This document shows, piece after piece, positions 1 to 13,880 of a stretch of 64,000 nt of DNA. Source of the DNA: Octopus bimaculoides. Lineage: Eukaryota. Made by a program: the position numbers and the translations under genes. Position 1 is the stretch's first letter. Each line of letters starts with the position of its first letter. Under the pieces are notes generated by a model, which was given only the letters and a program-made list of their open reading frames with translations, made no database searches and was not told where the DNA came from. The DNA lies in assembly GCF_001194135.2 (NCBI RefSeq), contig NC_069006.1, positions 100,617-164,616 on the forward strand. The letters are read 5' to 3'.

Positions 1-1009
1 TGATATTTTTTCTTCAGTCATTTTTTTTTACAGCGTAAGACAAGAAAAATAATCAAAAACTATTTTCTATAAATTTTCGTTTACTGTTTTACAGTCTCCT
101 CCATCTTTGACACAGGGGATGAGGTGGGGGCAGTGGTGGTGGGAAGATCAGTCAGTTTCAATTGGGAGGAAGGGAGTGGGGGTTTATATGCGGATATTCA
201 AATGTTTATTCATATAATAATTTCTTAGTCGTTTTTTTGATTTTATAGAATACATTTTTAATAAACAAAAAAAAAAAAAACACGTTTGTAATTAGAGAGG
301 GAGATATTCATTGGTTCTCTTGAATTCGTGGGGCTGAGATCAGGCAGTGGCAATTCCAAGTAATTTGGGCGGAATGAATACCAAAACATCAATTTTTTAT
401 GTTTGAAAGCTGCTGTTTACCGGGTTTCTTACCAATATTCATTTACCAAAAATTTTACATATATGTACATGTATGTCCATGTGTACACGTGTATATATAT
501 GTGTGTATATATGTATGTAATTAGGTTTGTGTGTGTGTAATCTTATTTTGCTGCTAATACTTATAAATATTTACATGATTATTTGTAAGCGTAATTATAT
601 TAACACAAACACACACAGATGGTTCCTCTAGTGCTGGCAGCGTAAAATACAGGCAGACTAAGAATGCATTTTATGCTGCCATTTGCAAGCGAAACACCAT
701 TCAGCAGTACGAGGAAAAAAAAAAAAACCTATGTCCTCCACCAGAGACTCACTCCAGAATTTGTCAGTTTTCTCTTTATTGTCTGCCATGGGAGAAATAG
801 AAGGACAAACCTATCCAACCCACACTGACATAGGAACAAAAAAAAGAAATAACCCTGGAGATATGATGATGATGATGTTATGTTGTAGTTTTTCTTTTTT
901 GTTGTTTGTCTCATCCAAATGTAAACACTTTTCTCCCAACTGTAACCCTGTACTCTACTTCATCTGCTGCTCTTGCAGCAATTAAAATAAATCGTTATTA
1001 TAAATAATT

Positions 1010-1190
1010 ATAATAGAGACATTGGGCTGACAGAAGAATCGTTAGCATGTCAGACAAAGTGCTTAGCGGCATTTCTTCCAGCTCTTTACCTTCTAAGTTC
1101 AAATTCTGCCAAAGTTGACCTTGCCTTTCATGCTTTGTGGGGTCACTGAATAGAGTACTAGCTAAGTACTGGGACGTTGGTGTCATCAAC
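1010..1190 (+). mobile_element. tRNA-derived SINE, 'gagctggcagaatcgttagc...gagttcaaattccgccgaggtcgactttgcc' family (representative; further copies e.g. ~1780-1930, 2160-2390, 2410-2620, 23640-23820, 35585-35785, 36520-36730, 44420-44620, 60500-60620)
   Basis: The same ~200-bp sequence with a B-box-like GTTCAAATTC recurs many times in the window, often next to (AAT)n/(ATT)n tracts. Confidence 0.75.
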
Positions 1191-2626
1191 TTCCCTCAAC
1201 CCTCAAAATTACTGGCTTTGTGGCAAAATTTAGAACAATATTCAATTTTTGTATTTAGTTTGCAAGATTCTTGATGTGAATCGGTGTGTTGGAACCAATT
1301 TTGCTGTGTCTTAGGAGGGTCGTTATGCCAATATTAATAACACACACACACTGGTTCAATTCCACTTCTTTATTATTAGTCAGTTGGACTGAATAGGAAA
1401 GTCACTGTAAAGGTTGCAAACAGTGACAAAAGAATTTCGACAAACAACCGATTAATTGTTTAACCAGCACATTAAGCAAATGATTAATTGGCCAGTTGGT
1501 TACATATTTAACCAAATGTCTTATAATAAAGAAGTGGAGTTGAACCAGTGAGTGTGTATTATTATTATTGGTGTAATGACTCTCCCAAGACACAACAAAA
1601 TTTAGAACAGTATTATTATTATTATTATTAACAATATTACATTTTTGAAGACTGGGTCTTTGGGTGGTGGCTACAAAGAGACCATTGATGGAATTACAAG
1701 ATAAGACTACGAGGAATGTAAAGAATGTGATACAAGAGAATTCAAAGACCCAGTCGTCAACAATATAATAATAATCCTTTCTACTATAGGCACAAGGCCT
1801 GAAATTTTGGGGGAGGGGTTAAATCAACTACATCAAACACAGTACTTCACCGGTACTTAATTTATCGACCCCGAAAGGATGAAAAAAAAAAGTCAACCTA
1901 GGTGGAATTTGAACTCAGAACACGAAGACAGACAAAATGATAATAACAATAATTTATGATTTAGACACAAAACCAACAGTTTTGGTGGGGTGGAGCCCCT
2001 TTTGATTAAACTGACCTCACTACATGAAAGGTACTTCATTTTAACGATCCCTACCCACTGAAAAACAATGAAAAGTTAAGTTGATCTTGGTAGAATTTGA
2101 ACTCATAATGTAAGGAACCACAACTACATACTGCTAATCCATTGCCCTTTCCTTTATAATAATAATGGTTTCAAATTTTGGCACAAACTCAGAAATTTTA
2201 GGGAGACCGCTTAGTCAATTACACTGATCCCCAAAGTTTAGCTGGCACTTATTTTATTGACCCCAAGAAAGGAAAGGCAAAGTCAACCTCAGCAGGGTTT
2301 GAACTCAGAATGTAAAGAGCCAAAAGAAATGCCGCTAAGCATTTTTTTCCTCTGTGCAGTAATGATTCTACCAGCTTGACACCCTTGCAAAGATAATAAT
2401 AATAATAATCCTTTCTACTAAAGGTGCAAGGTCTGAAATTTGTGGGCAGGGAACCAGTTGATCACATCAACTCTAATGCTCAACTGTTACTTATCTTATC
2501 AACCCTGAAAGCATGAAAGGTAAAGTCGACCTCAGCAGAATATGAACTCTAAATGTAATGACAAATAAAATACCATTAAGCATTTCGCTCAGTGTGCTAG
2601 CAATACTGCCAGCTCACTGCCTTAAT

Positions 2627-2675
<49 letters not shown>

Positions 2676-4507
2676 TCTATTTTGTTATATTCAAAGAACT
2701 GTTTTTATTTTTTTTATATTTTTATGTTTCCCATTTTCAGCAACCACTATTTCACGATTTGATTGTAAAACATGACCAAAAAAGCCTGGCACCAACAGAC
2801 ATCTTACAAGACAAGACCAAAGGCTGCCCTGCATAACAAAAGGTGATGGCGTCACAAAGACTAGCATTATTTTGCAAAACTATTATTCTGTCAGACTCAA
2901 AGAATACCAAAATATATATAAATATATATATAAAAATAATATAAACATTTTAAATCATTAAATAAAATACAAATCTAATAATTTGATTTTTATTGTTTAC
3001 TTGTTTCAGTCACTGGACTGTGGTCATGCTGAGGCATCACCTTGAAAGGTTTAGGCTAGAGGTTTGAAACCATTTTTTGTCTGTGGACCCTTTTCGTTCC
3101 CATTTTTACTCGGGTCGACTCCCATAGCCATTTGATGTTTAAAAAAATCCTTTTATACTTTTATAATAAAATATTATAAACAAATGCGCAAAAAGAAATT
3201 GTTAAAACATTTTGGATCCTGAAGAAGTATCAGCAAGGGTTATAAGGGCTCTCTAGTTGAGAACCCCTGGTCTCGTACTTATTCTATTGATCTCTTTTGC
3301 CAAACTGCTAAGTTACAAAGACATAAACAAACCAGGAGCAGTTGTCAAGGAATAGGATCACATACACACACACAGGGTTTCTGTCTACCAAATTCACTCA
3401 CAAGGCATTGATCAACCCAGGTGTCAAGCAGTGGGACTGAACCTGCAACCATGTGGTTGGGAAGCAAACCTCTTACCACACAGCATTAAACTATATAATT
3501 AATTATTTTTTCAAATAGCAATCAATCTGCAATTAAACACAGAACATTATCTTTTAAAAAACTGTGGATGACAATGTTCTTTAGACCCATGTCACCTATG
3601 ATCAAAAGAGTTCCATCCGTGACCACCCTGTCCTAAAGAAGTTGGTGGGATAGAACGACATATCTTAATCTCTTTGTCTTATTTTTCTGGGGGTTTTTAA
3701 AAAATATTTTTTTTACAACCATATGTTGTAATTCAGTGGAGATTTAGCTGCTATTTCTAGTGGGTTGATGCAGATTTCAATACAGATTTTATAAACTTGC
3801 AGTCCCTTGAAAGAACAACTGAAAAGCAGGAATTGGAACTCATTTCATCAATACATGATTAAGGAAGCCTTGAAGTGGTCGTTCAAACCTGCTGAACACA
3901 ACAGCTAAATTTTCCCTCAAATCACAGCCCTGGTGTCTCAAAGTGTTAGGTCACAGAGACATTGGACAATGCAGGCCTGGCTGCATTATGCTTTGAACAA
4001 AGACAGGATGGTCGCAGAAGGAACACTCTTGAATGGTCGGAGAATGCTTAGGGCTCGTTTTGTGATGACACGGGTGGATGATGCCATCACTGCTACCTCC
4101 ACTCCCACCATTATCATCAGTTTTCATCATCATCATCATCATTCTAATGTCTTTTGTCTATGCTGACATGGGTTGGATGGGTTTGCAAAGTTAACAAGAA
4201 AGTGTTTCATACTCACTACAAAATTTAGATTAAGATCCACAATGAAATTCAAGAAAATAAGACCCACCCATTCCCCACCTATCACCCACATCAAAGTAGA
4301 AGCACACAAAAACAACAAAAAAAAAACACATCTTAACCCCTCCCCCACTTCAACAGGTTAGACATTATAAACATGAATCAGTCGTAGAAAATAAAACAAG
4401 TTCAAAGATAAAGCTTGAACCAGCTTCCTCAGAATTTACAGTTAATTTATAATTCAAGACTAGATTTTACTCTGCAGGTCCTGACAAACACATACGAACA
4501 TCAAAGA

Positions 4508-4531
4508 CCCTAACCCTAACCCTAACCCTAA
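4508..4531. repeat. Interstitial telomere-type repeat (CCCTAA)4
   Basis: Direct reading: ccctaaccctaaccctaaccctaa. A shorter copy lies at ~12243-12257. Confidence 0.85.
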
Positions 4532-5239
4532 CCACTCAGAGACATATCTGGGATTGTTGTTGTTGTTATTTACATACACAAAGATCTTAACAGCTTGCCA
4601 TTCAAACCAGCCACCCATACAATGTCATTCTAAAAATAAGCAATCACATCATTAAAATTTTGAAGCTACGAGATAATACAGGATTAATTCAAAACAATGC
4701 AAATGAATAATACATTTGACAAAGTAATCTGAACGACAAAGAGTTTAACCAGTCCTATCCAACGCAAATGTTCTCCCCATGTTCAGAGCAGCCAGCTCTG
4801 GCCTATCACAGTCTCCAAAGATATGAAATAATGCATAATTAATTCAAAACAATGTGAGGAAATAAGAAATACATTCTCAATGCTAAAGAGAAACTAGCTA
4901 TATCCAGCTCAAAGTAATCTCAATGTTAAACCAGTCATATCCAGCTCAATTAATTCTATCCATCTCATTTTTTAGACCTGCCATATCTGGCCTCTCACAG
5001 TCACATCAGTGAAATCTCGAAGCTATGAGATAATACAGGATTAATTGAAAACAATGTGAGTAAATAAGTATTACACATGACGAAGTAATCTCATATCTGG
5101 GTGAAATCACATAACAGTATTGTTCACATATCTGATACATTGTTAATGTTGTTATGCGCAGAACTGCTTACACTGGGACACTGTTGCTGCTACATAGGAT
5201 AGTCATCTTCAACCACATTACAATACTGCTCATATGTAA

Positions 5240-5510
5240 AACTGAGAATGTGTGTGTGTGTCTGTCTGTCTGCATCAATAAAACTTGAGAACGACCCAAC
5301 CAGTTTCATTCAGATTTTACACATGCTTTACTTAGGGTCCATGCAGTGTCAAGTCAATGGCCAAAAAAAGTTTTAACTTCTTGCCCAATGCGAGCCTGGA
5401 GCAATCTCTTACACTATTTCAGTATTATATGTCAAAAGTGAAACAATAACATCTCTATTGTAAGGTGACATAATTTTTTCACTATTAAAAGTGAAACTAT
5501 TATCTCACAT
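5240..5510 (+). mobile_element. Non-autonomous Helitron-like interspersed repeat (copy 1)
   Basis: Clear similarity to 26425-26690 (gagaatgtgtctgtctg...aaaacttgagaac...ttacacatgc.ttacttagggtccatg...ctatttcagtatta...gtgaaactattatctcac). The Helitron label is inferred from the 5' TC/tataaa-(GTCT)n architecture. Confidence 0.5.
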
Positions 5511-5514
5511 ATAT

Positions 5515-5878
5515 ACATGCAAACATAAATACATACATACATATATATAATGTATATATATATATATAATGTATGTATATATATATAATGTATATATATA
5601 TATATAATGTATATATATATATATAATGTATATATATATATAATGTATATATATATATATATAATGTATATATATATATATATATAATGTATATATATAT
5701 ATATATATAATGTATATATATATATAATGTATATATATATATAATGTATATATATATAGATGTATATATATATAGATGTATATGTACAGATGTATATGTA
5801 TAGATGAATATATAGAGATTTATATGTATATATGTATGTATATATATATGTATAAATATATGTATGCATGTGTATATG

Positions 5879-5949
<71 letters not shown>

Positions 5950-6150
5950 ATATATATATATATTTATGTGTGTGTGTGTATATATACATATTTATGTATA
6001 TATATGTATGCATGCATAAATGTGTACATATATATGTATGTGTATATATATAAATGCATATATATATAGAAGTATATGTATAGATGTATATGTGTAGATG
6101 TATATGTGTAGATGTATATGTGTAGATGTATATATATAGGTGTATATATA
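5515..6150. repeat. Compound (TA)n / TATATAATG / GTATAGATGTATAT microsatellite
   Basis: Direct reading. Source of the spurious Y/I-rich ORFs. Confidence 0.95.
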
Positions 6151-7418
6151 AATATTAGTTATAGAATAAAATCGTTAGGTTAACGACTCCACATACCACA
6201 CTCCCTCAATCATCATACATAAGAAATACAACATAATCCAACAAACATAGGAATAAAAAGATATAAAAATAACGTAAGAAAAATAAAAGAAGAAATATAT
6301 AAGAAGTAAGATGCAAGATATAGAACATCTATATACTATATATAAAACAGAGATGTGTGTGTAATCGCTTTTCACGTGAAATCGACTTCACCAAATGCTT
6401 CCATACTTGTAATGCATGAATAATTTGACCTCGGATAAATCTTAGGCTCTTCATTTGATTTTTTTAATTAAAAATAAATAATATTGCTTTATATTTAAGA
6501 TTCACTTCTTNNNNNNNNNNNNNNNNNNNNNNNNNNNNNNNNNNNNNNNNNNNNNNNNNNNNNNNNNNNNNNNNNNNNNNNNNNNNNNNNNNNNNNNNNN
6601 NNNNNNNNNNNNNNNNNNNNNNNNNNNNNNNNNNNNNNNNNNNNNNNNNNNNNNNNNNNNNNNNNNNNNNNNNNNNNNNNNNNNNNNNNNNNNNNNNNNN
6701 NNNNNNNNNNNNNNNNNNNNNNNNNNNNNNNNNNNNNNNNNNNNNNNNNNNNNNNNNNNNNNNNNNNNNNNNNNNNNNNNNNNNNNNNNNNNNNNNNNNN
6801 NNNNNNNNNNNNNNNNNNNNNNNNNNNNNNNNNNNNNNNNNNNNNNNNNNNNNNNNNNNNNNNNNNNNNNNNNNNNNNNNNNNNNNNNNNNNNNNNNNNN
6901 NNNNNNNNNNNNNNNNNNNNNNNNNNNNNNNNNNNNNNNNNNNNNNNNNNNNNNNNNNNNNNNNNNNNNNNNNNNNNNNNNNNNNNNNNNNNNNNNNNNN
7001 NNNNNNNNNNNNNNNNNNNNNNNNNNNNNNNNNNNNNNNNNNNNNNNNNNNNNNNNNNNNNNNNNNNNNNNNNNNNNNNNNNNNNNNNNNNNNNNNNNNN
7101 NNNNNNNNNNNNNNNNNNNNNNNNNNNNNNNNNNNNNNNNNNNNNNNNNNNNNNNNNNNNNNNNNNNNNNNNNNNNNNNNNNNNNNNNNNNNNNNNNNNN
7201 NNNNNNNNNNNNNNNNNNNNNNNNNNNNNNNNNNNNNNNNNNNNNNNNNNNNNNNNNNNNNNNNNNNNNNNNNNNNNNNNNNNNNNNNNNNNNNNNNNNN
7301 NNNNNNNNNNNNNNNNNNNNNNNNNNNNNNNNNNNNNNNNNNNNNNNNNNNNNNNNNNNNNNNNNNNNNTAATCTCCATACCTTCGTTTTATTTGCTTTT
7401 TTCATTTTAAATTTGCTT

Positions 7419-7444
7419 TAACCCTAACCCTAGGGTTAGGGTTA
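7419..7444. repeat. Perfect 26-bp palindrome of telomere-type repeats (TAACCCTAACCCT|AGGGTTAGGGTTA)
   Basis: Left arm 7419-7431 is the exact reverse complement of 7432-7444; continues gggtttgggttaa. Confidence 0.9.
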
Positions 7445-8305
7445 GGGTTTGGGTTAATTGTTTCAAAATCGTTTGTTTATGTAGTCGGCACTTAATGTAT
7501 ATCGGCTGAATGGACGTCAGTGATTGGTTGAAATTACAGAAATTCGACAACTTTAACATGGAATAACTTATGGATTTCTTTTCTTTTTAAGAAGACTAAG
7601 AGAAAAAGATGTTTTATATGACACATTCTACCAGTGTTCCAAGTTTCAAAGTGTTTCGTTAATGAAAAATGTGGCCCCCGTTTTAAAAAAGATCCCATTA
7701 ATGAAAAATGTAGCCCCCGTTTTAAAATAGATCCAAAGACACACGTGTGTATGCGCGCGCGCGTGCTCCGGTATTGACTTAACAACCGCAAAAGCTTCAC
7801 TCTCTATTTTGTGTGTTCGTGTGTATGAGAGAGAGAGAGAGGGAGCGAGTAAATACTACATACACACTGCTCTCTCACTCAGTCTCACACACATACACAC
7901 GCACACCCCTTGACTCACTCACACTGTCTCTTACAAACACACACATACATAAATGTATACAAACATATTTACAAAGACACACGTGTGTATGCGCTCGCGT
8001 GCGTGTTTGTAAGAGACAGAGTGTGAGTGAGTCAAGGGCTGTGTTGTCATATGCATACATCCAAAGATGTATGTATATTTATGCATGTACGTATACATGA
8101 CAACAAACCTCTCTCTCTCACTCACACTCTGTCTCTTACAAACACACACATACATAAATGTACACAAACATATTTACAAAGACACACATGTGTATGCGTG
8201 CGTGGGGAGGGGGTCCACAATCGCCATTTATTTCAATTACTCTTCTGAGGATATTTACGTAAATCATTTTTTTCATTTAATCCCCATTTTAATTTNNNNN
8301 NNNNN

Positions 8306-9608
8306 TTGAGTTAAAGGTATAACATAATATACATATATATCATTTCATAAAAGTTTCAAGTCAAGTTAAAGCTAAAATTAAATATAGATCGATATAAAAT
8401 AAAATAAAGAAATGAGGTAAAACAAAATAGTCTATCGGTTAAAAATTTAAAATGATATAACATTATTAGAGTTAAAATATAAAGTTCTATACTTCCCTCG
8501 AGTATAATTTATAATTTAAAACAGCAGACATCAATAGGTAAGTCCGTATCAAGTTTAGTATACACAAGAGATCACAAAAACATGGGTCAAAAGTGAATAC
8601 AGCAGGTATCAGCATGTAAAATTCATTTCTGCTCACCATGTCCAAAAGTTCACAAAACACGTGGGTCAAAAGAGAAATACAGCATCCAGCGGGTACCAAT
8701 CGGTAAAATCCATTTGAACCACCATTTATAAGAATTCACAAAAACATGGGTCAAAAGACAAATACAGCACCTATGGCCATTTCGTGGGTACACCACTGTA
8801 TTCTAAACACAATAGAGTGCAAACTGGACAGAGTAAAATTACACACAAACATCAAGACATGCATAAAAGGAAAAATTATTTTTTTATCTAAAGCAAGTTT
8901 ATATAGTCAATATGGACCAGCCCGAGACAAGCCTATGCAAATAATGGAAGAAGAAAAAAAAAACTATTTTAGAATAGTCAAACAGGCTGCAGTATCTAAC
9001 TCAATCTTCCAGGTTTCAAATCACCCTAACATAAACTATTATACTTGTTACTATCTATTGTTTTTATATTTATTTTTATTTCTATATAATTTTAAGAAGG
9101 GGGAGGAAAACTTGCGATACTCAGGTCTTTTGACCCATAAACCTTAAAAAAGTTCACTGAAGTAATCCCCTTCTTGAAACTATATAGAAATTGATACCCG
9201 CTGGATGCTGTATTTCTCTTTTGACCCACGTGTTTTGTGAACTTTTGGACATGGTGAGCAGAAATGGATTTTACATGCTGATACCTGCTGTATTCACCTT
9301 TGACCCATGTTTTTGTGATCTCTTGTGTATACTAAACTTGATACGGACTTACCTATTGATGTCTGCTGTTTTAAATTATAAATTATACCCGAGGGAAGTA
9401 TAGAACTTTATATTCTAACTCTAATAATGTTAAATCATTTAAAATTTTTAACCGATAGACTATTTTGTTTTACCTAATTTCTTTATTTTATTTTATATCG
9501 ATCTATATTATATATTTGAATTTTTAATCGTATTAATTTTAACTTTAACTTGACTTGAAACTTTTGTGAAATGATATATATGTATATTATGTTATACCTT
9601 TAACTCAA
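8306..9608. mobile_element. Foldback-type element: ~400-bp inverted arms (8306-8700 / 9190-9608) around a 489-bp spacer
   Basis: The arms are near-identical reverse complements; the ORF track shows nearly the same 70-aa peptide at 8487-8699(-) and 9191-9403(+). The internal motif ATGGGTCAAAAG is repeated. The left end is hidden by a gap. Confidence 0.8.
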
Positions 9609-10149
9609 ATTTATTATTCTTAATTTATTTGTATGTTATTGGTTGAAATAATATATTTGTGTATAAATCTTTATATTATATGTTCTATATCTTGCATCTT
9701 ACTTCTTATATATTTCTTTTGTTTGCCCGAGCCCTAATTCTCCACAAATCTTGCGGGCGCTGCTGATATATGAAGTTCCTAGTCTTATTGTTAAAGGCAT
9801 GAAATTAGATATTAATATTTTTGGGTTTACGTCNNNNNNNNNNNNNNNNNNNNNNNNNNNNNNNNNNNNNNNNNNNNNNNNNNNNNNNNNNNNNNNNNNN
9901 NNNNNNNNNNNNNNNNNNNNNNNNNNNNNNNNNNNNNNNNNNNNNNNNNNNNNNNNNNNNNNNNNNNNNNNNNNNNNNNNNNNNNNNNNNNNNNNNNNNN
10001 NNNNNNNNNNNNNNNNNNNNNNNNNNNNNNNNNNNNNNNNNNNNNNNNNNNNNNNNNNNNNNNNNNNNNNNNNNNNNNNNNNNNNNNNNNNNNNNNNNNN
10101 NNNNNNNNNNNNNNNNNNNNCACACACACAAACACTATAGTTCATATTA

Positions 10150-11339
10150 CAGTATGGCTTACATAACTGAGACAGTTTTGCAACTGTTACACATCACATT
10201 GCAAACATCAAAGACCACATTACAATACTATATATATAAATAGATAGATGGGTTTCAAAATTTGGCACAAGGCCAGCCATTTTTGAGGGGGGGGGGGAGT
10301 AAGCTGATTACATCAACTCCAGCAGTTAAATGGAACATATTTTATCAACTCTCAGAGTATGAAAGGCAAAGTCAACCTCAGCAGAATTTGAACTCACAAC
10401 ATGAAGACAGACAAAATACTGCTAAATCACTTTGCCCAGTGTCATGCTATCACATACACAAAACACCACAGATCATATTACAGTGTTGCCTGCATGACGG
10501 GGACAGCCTTGCTGCTCTTACATACACAAATATCACAGACTGCACAACAGCACTGCTCATATATATATATATATATATATATAGGCTTGGGAACAGGGGG
10601 TGCAAGTGCACTTCCTGAATTTTTCTTTTTGTTGTGAGGGGTGTAATGCAAGTGCTTTGAACATTCTGGGTGAGACCTGGGTTTGAAACCTGCAAAGCAA
10701 ATTTCATTCCTGCTCTTATGCATACATATGGAGGACAGTTGTTGTGCCGTCTCATACGCAGACATCATACACCACATTACAACACTACTCACATATCTGA
10801 GACAGTGTTGCTATTGTTACATACACAAACACCCTAAACCACATCAGAGTATTGCTCACATATCTGGGTAGGGGAAATGACATTGTTGCTGCTGTTACAC
10901 ACCTCGTAGACAACATTACAGAACTACTTGCATGCCTGGGACAGTATCATGCTATCACATACACAAACATCATAGACCACATTATAGTACTGCGTACATA
11001 TATGGGACAATGTTGGTGTTAAATATAATAATCATATTAAACCACATTATAGTACTGCTCAGATATCGGGGACAATGTTCATGATGATTATGTAAGTAAA
11101 TATTGGGTTGGTGCATAATTTTTGCGGCTTTTGTCCAACAAATTTTATTTAACAAAAACAATAACAAAAACATCTTTAAATGATTACTCCAGAGCATATT
11201 CACCATTTACTTCAATTACTGCTTCCCATTTGCTTGGCAGATGGTCAAATCGTCATTTAAAGATGTTTTTGTTAAATATTGTTATTGTTTTTGTTGAATA
11301 AAATTTGTTGAAAAAAAGCCACAATAATCATGCGCCAAC

Positions 11340-11404
<65 letters not shown>

Positions 11405-11771
11405 TAATAACAAAAATTTTTGGATGGAAATTCATAAATTCTTTAACGTATTGCTACGTATGTTTCCACAAAGCACATGTTTTTTTTTTTTGTGGCTGCA
11501 CGTGCTTTGTGGAAACGTACATAGCAATGCATAAAAGTATTTATGAATTTCCATCTTAAAGTTTGTGTTGTTACTATATTCATCCTATGCTATAGCAGCA
11601 CCAGATTAATAAGATTGATAACCATCCCCTAAAATTACTTTGGAAGACGAGAATAATAAGCAGTAGCTGGGAAAAAAATAGTATAGGAGCCTTTTATGAG
11701 TACGCTCAAAGTTGTTTCTCATAAAACAAACTCAAAGAATATATATCATCATCATCACCATATACATACAT

Positions 11772-11818
<47 letters not shown>

Positions 11819-12050
11819 AATACACACACACACACCACATTACACAACTGCTTACATATAAGGGACAATGTTGCCTGTTACATACAATAATCATATTAAA
11901 TCACATTAAACTGTTGTTGATATATATACACACACACACCCATACATACCTACACAGACATTGTAGACCACATTACAGTATTGCTTAGATATCTGGGGGT
12001 CACTGATGATGCTATTTCATACACAAACATCACAGAGCACATCCAAGAGA
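10150..12050. repeat. Degenerate ~60-65-bp minisatellite (acacaaacatcacagaccacattacagtactgctcacatatctgggacagtgttgctgttacat), interrupted by SINEs and microsatellites
   Basis: The unit recurs at ~10170, 10445-10560, 10740-11070 and 11830-12040; related copies at 5100-5240. Confidence 0.6.
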
Positions 12051-12840
12051 CTAGTGTTTTCTTATAAAGCCTAGAAAATACTTTAATCTTAATCAATCAA
12101 GACTAGAACACTACTATCCAAACACAAGAACATCCTGGGCCACATTGCCACTCCCCTGACTATCACAAAAGTTTACCCACTAGTAAACAGTCCACTCCAT
12201 CAATTCTTTCAACTGATACTACATTGGTCCCTGCTCTTCTGAACCCTAACCCTAACCCAATGGCCTTATCTCCTCTCCTTCCCTCAGTTCCTAGCTTTCA
12301 CACAAAATACAATGGCCAGTCCTTTCTCTCCCCAGGACAACATCACCCCTGCAATCTCCATGCTCACATTCTTTTCTTCCACCCTCATCCCCCACCTATA
12401 CCTCCTCCCCACAGATGTTGAACCAGTGGAGCGTCATTCCCCTTGGTGCAGGAGGATGTGGCAAAGGTCCAAGCGCTGTCCCCTTCTGCCTCCCATGACT
12501 AAACAATTTCAAGTAAATAAACATAATTTAATCTCTCCATACAACCCTTAAATAGAACACACACACACACACACACACGGATGCACATACACACCTGGGA
12601 CGGTCTTTACCAAAGTGTTCTTACTTAAATTGAAATTTCAACACAAATGATATCATCAGCTGTCAGCTGGATTTGAACTTGTAACTGAATACTTCAAGGT
12701 ATTTTGCCCTTTGCTCTACTGTTTCTGCCAATCCACTGACCCTGTTCAAATATAAAAATAATAATAATAATAAATGTGGCATCTCAAGACGGTTACAATA
12801 GCAGCGGAATGATCACAAAAAGAACTGAAAATTATTTAAG

Positions 12841-13016
12841 GACGACCCCTGGTTGACCATCCATGCAGGACGATCCCTGGCTGACCATCCATGCAGGACG
12901 ATCCCTGGCTGACCATCCATGCAGGAAGTGTAAAAGNNNNNNNNNNCAGAACGATCCCTGGCTGACCATCCATGCAGGACGATCCCTGGCTGACCATCCA
13001 TGCAGGAAGTGTAAAA
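12841..13016. repeat. 28-bp tandem repeat GACGATCCCTGGCTGACCATCCATGCAG, five visible copies spanning a 10-N gap
   Basis: Direct reading: head-to-tail copies with no spacers. Confidence 0.9.
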
Positions 13017-13880
13017 GACTGTCTGAAGTGGTAACTGGCCACATGTATTGAAAAGAACAGTGTTGCTGTGAATTTTCTTTCCTTTTCCCCCTTTATTTTC
13101 TTTTTTCCTTCCTCTGTCTTTCTTCCCCTTTTGTAAATGACTTTGTAAACGAACAATCTGGTGTGTTTATTTTAATGGCCTACCAATGTATACAGCGAGT
13201 TTCTTTGCCCTAGGTGTCAGGAAGACACTAGGCAAGAAATGGAAATGAAACTGAAAAAAGAGGATAATGTTAATAATAACCACAATAAATGCCCTGATGC
13301 AGTACCAGGCAGTGGACCTCAAGGCTTCTGATCTTAACTGATTGGAAGTGTTATCATGTACATTGTTTTTGTCTTGGTATAAAAAGATGGGCAAATACAG
13401 CAAATATTCTGCTCAGTACCACAACCATGCTTGTCAGTTGTTTGACCTTCAGGAAAATTATAACTAGGTCCCACCTGTAAGATCATGCACTGTTTATCTT
13501 GATATGAGAACACCATGTAGTGCAGATTCATGTGCCTGGTGTACCCTTATCAGACGAGTAGTCATGATGGGCTTCGTGTATTTGCATCACAGTGTCACTT
13601 TGATGGCATGCACTGATATCTTATATAATAATAATAATAATAATAATGGTTTCAGATTTTGGCACAAGGCCAGTAGGTTTGTGGGAGGACCTAAGTTGAT
13701 TATATCAACCCCAGTGTTCAACTGATACTCATTTTATCTACTCTGAAAGAACGAAAGGCAAAAGTCGACTTCACTGCTGTCACCACCGCCATCATCATCA
13801 TCATCATTTAAGGTTCAATGTACATACTGGCATGCAGGTACGATAGTATGACAAGATTTGCAGAGTCCAACACTCTAATG

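Noticed and set aside
683-985. 100-aa ORF
   Set aside because: Non-ATG start, built from poly-A, (GAT)n and T-rich tracts; no recognisable domain or splice context.
4508-4531. True telomere or chromosome end
   Set aside because: Only four units, embedded in ordinary intergenic sequence.
5432-6069. Long Y/I-rich ORFs (also 25410-25703, 26660-27010, 52227-52637, 54851-56003)
   Set aside because: These are translations of (TA)n, (CA)n, (TATC)n and (ACGA)n microsatellites.
6464-7405. Long X-filled ORFs (also at 9.7-10.2, 24.2-25.2, 31.4-32.0, 36.8-37.9 and 57.4-58.5 kb)
   Set aside because: Artefacts of N-gaps lacking stop codons.
12841-13016. 28-bp repeats resembling a CRISPR array
   Set aside because: The repeats are directly adjacent with no unique spacers, there are no cas genes, and the context is eukaryotic. 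The duplication across the 10-N gap may be partly an assembly overlap.
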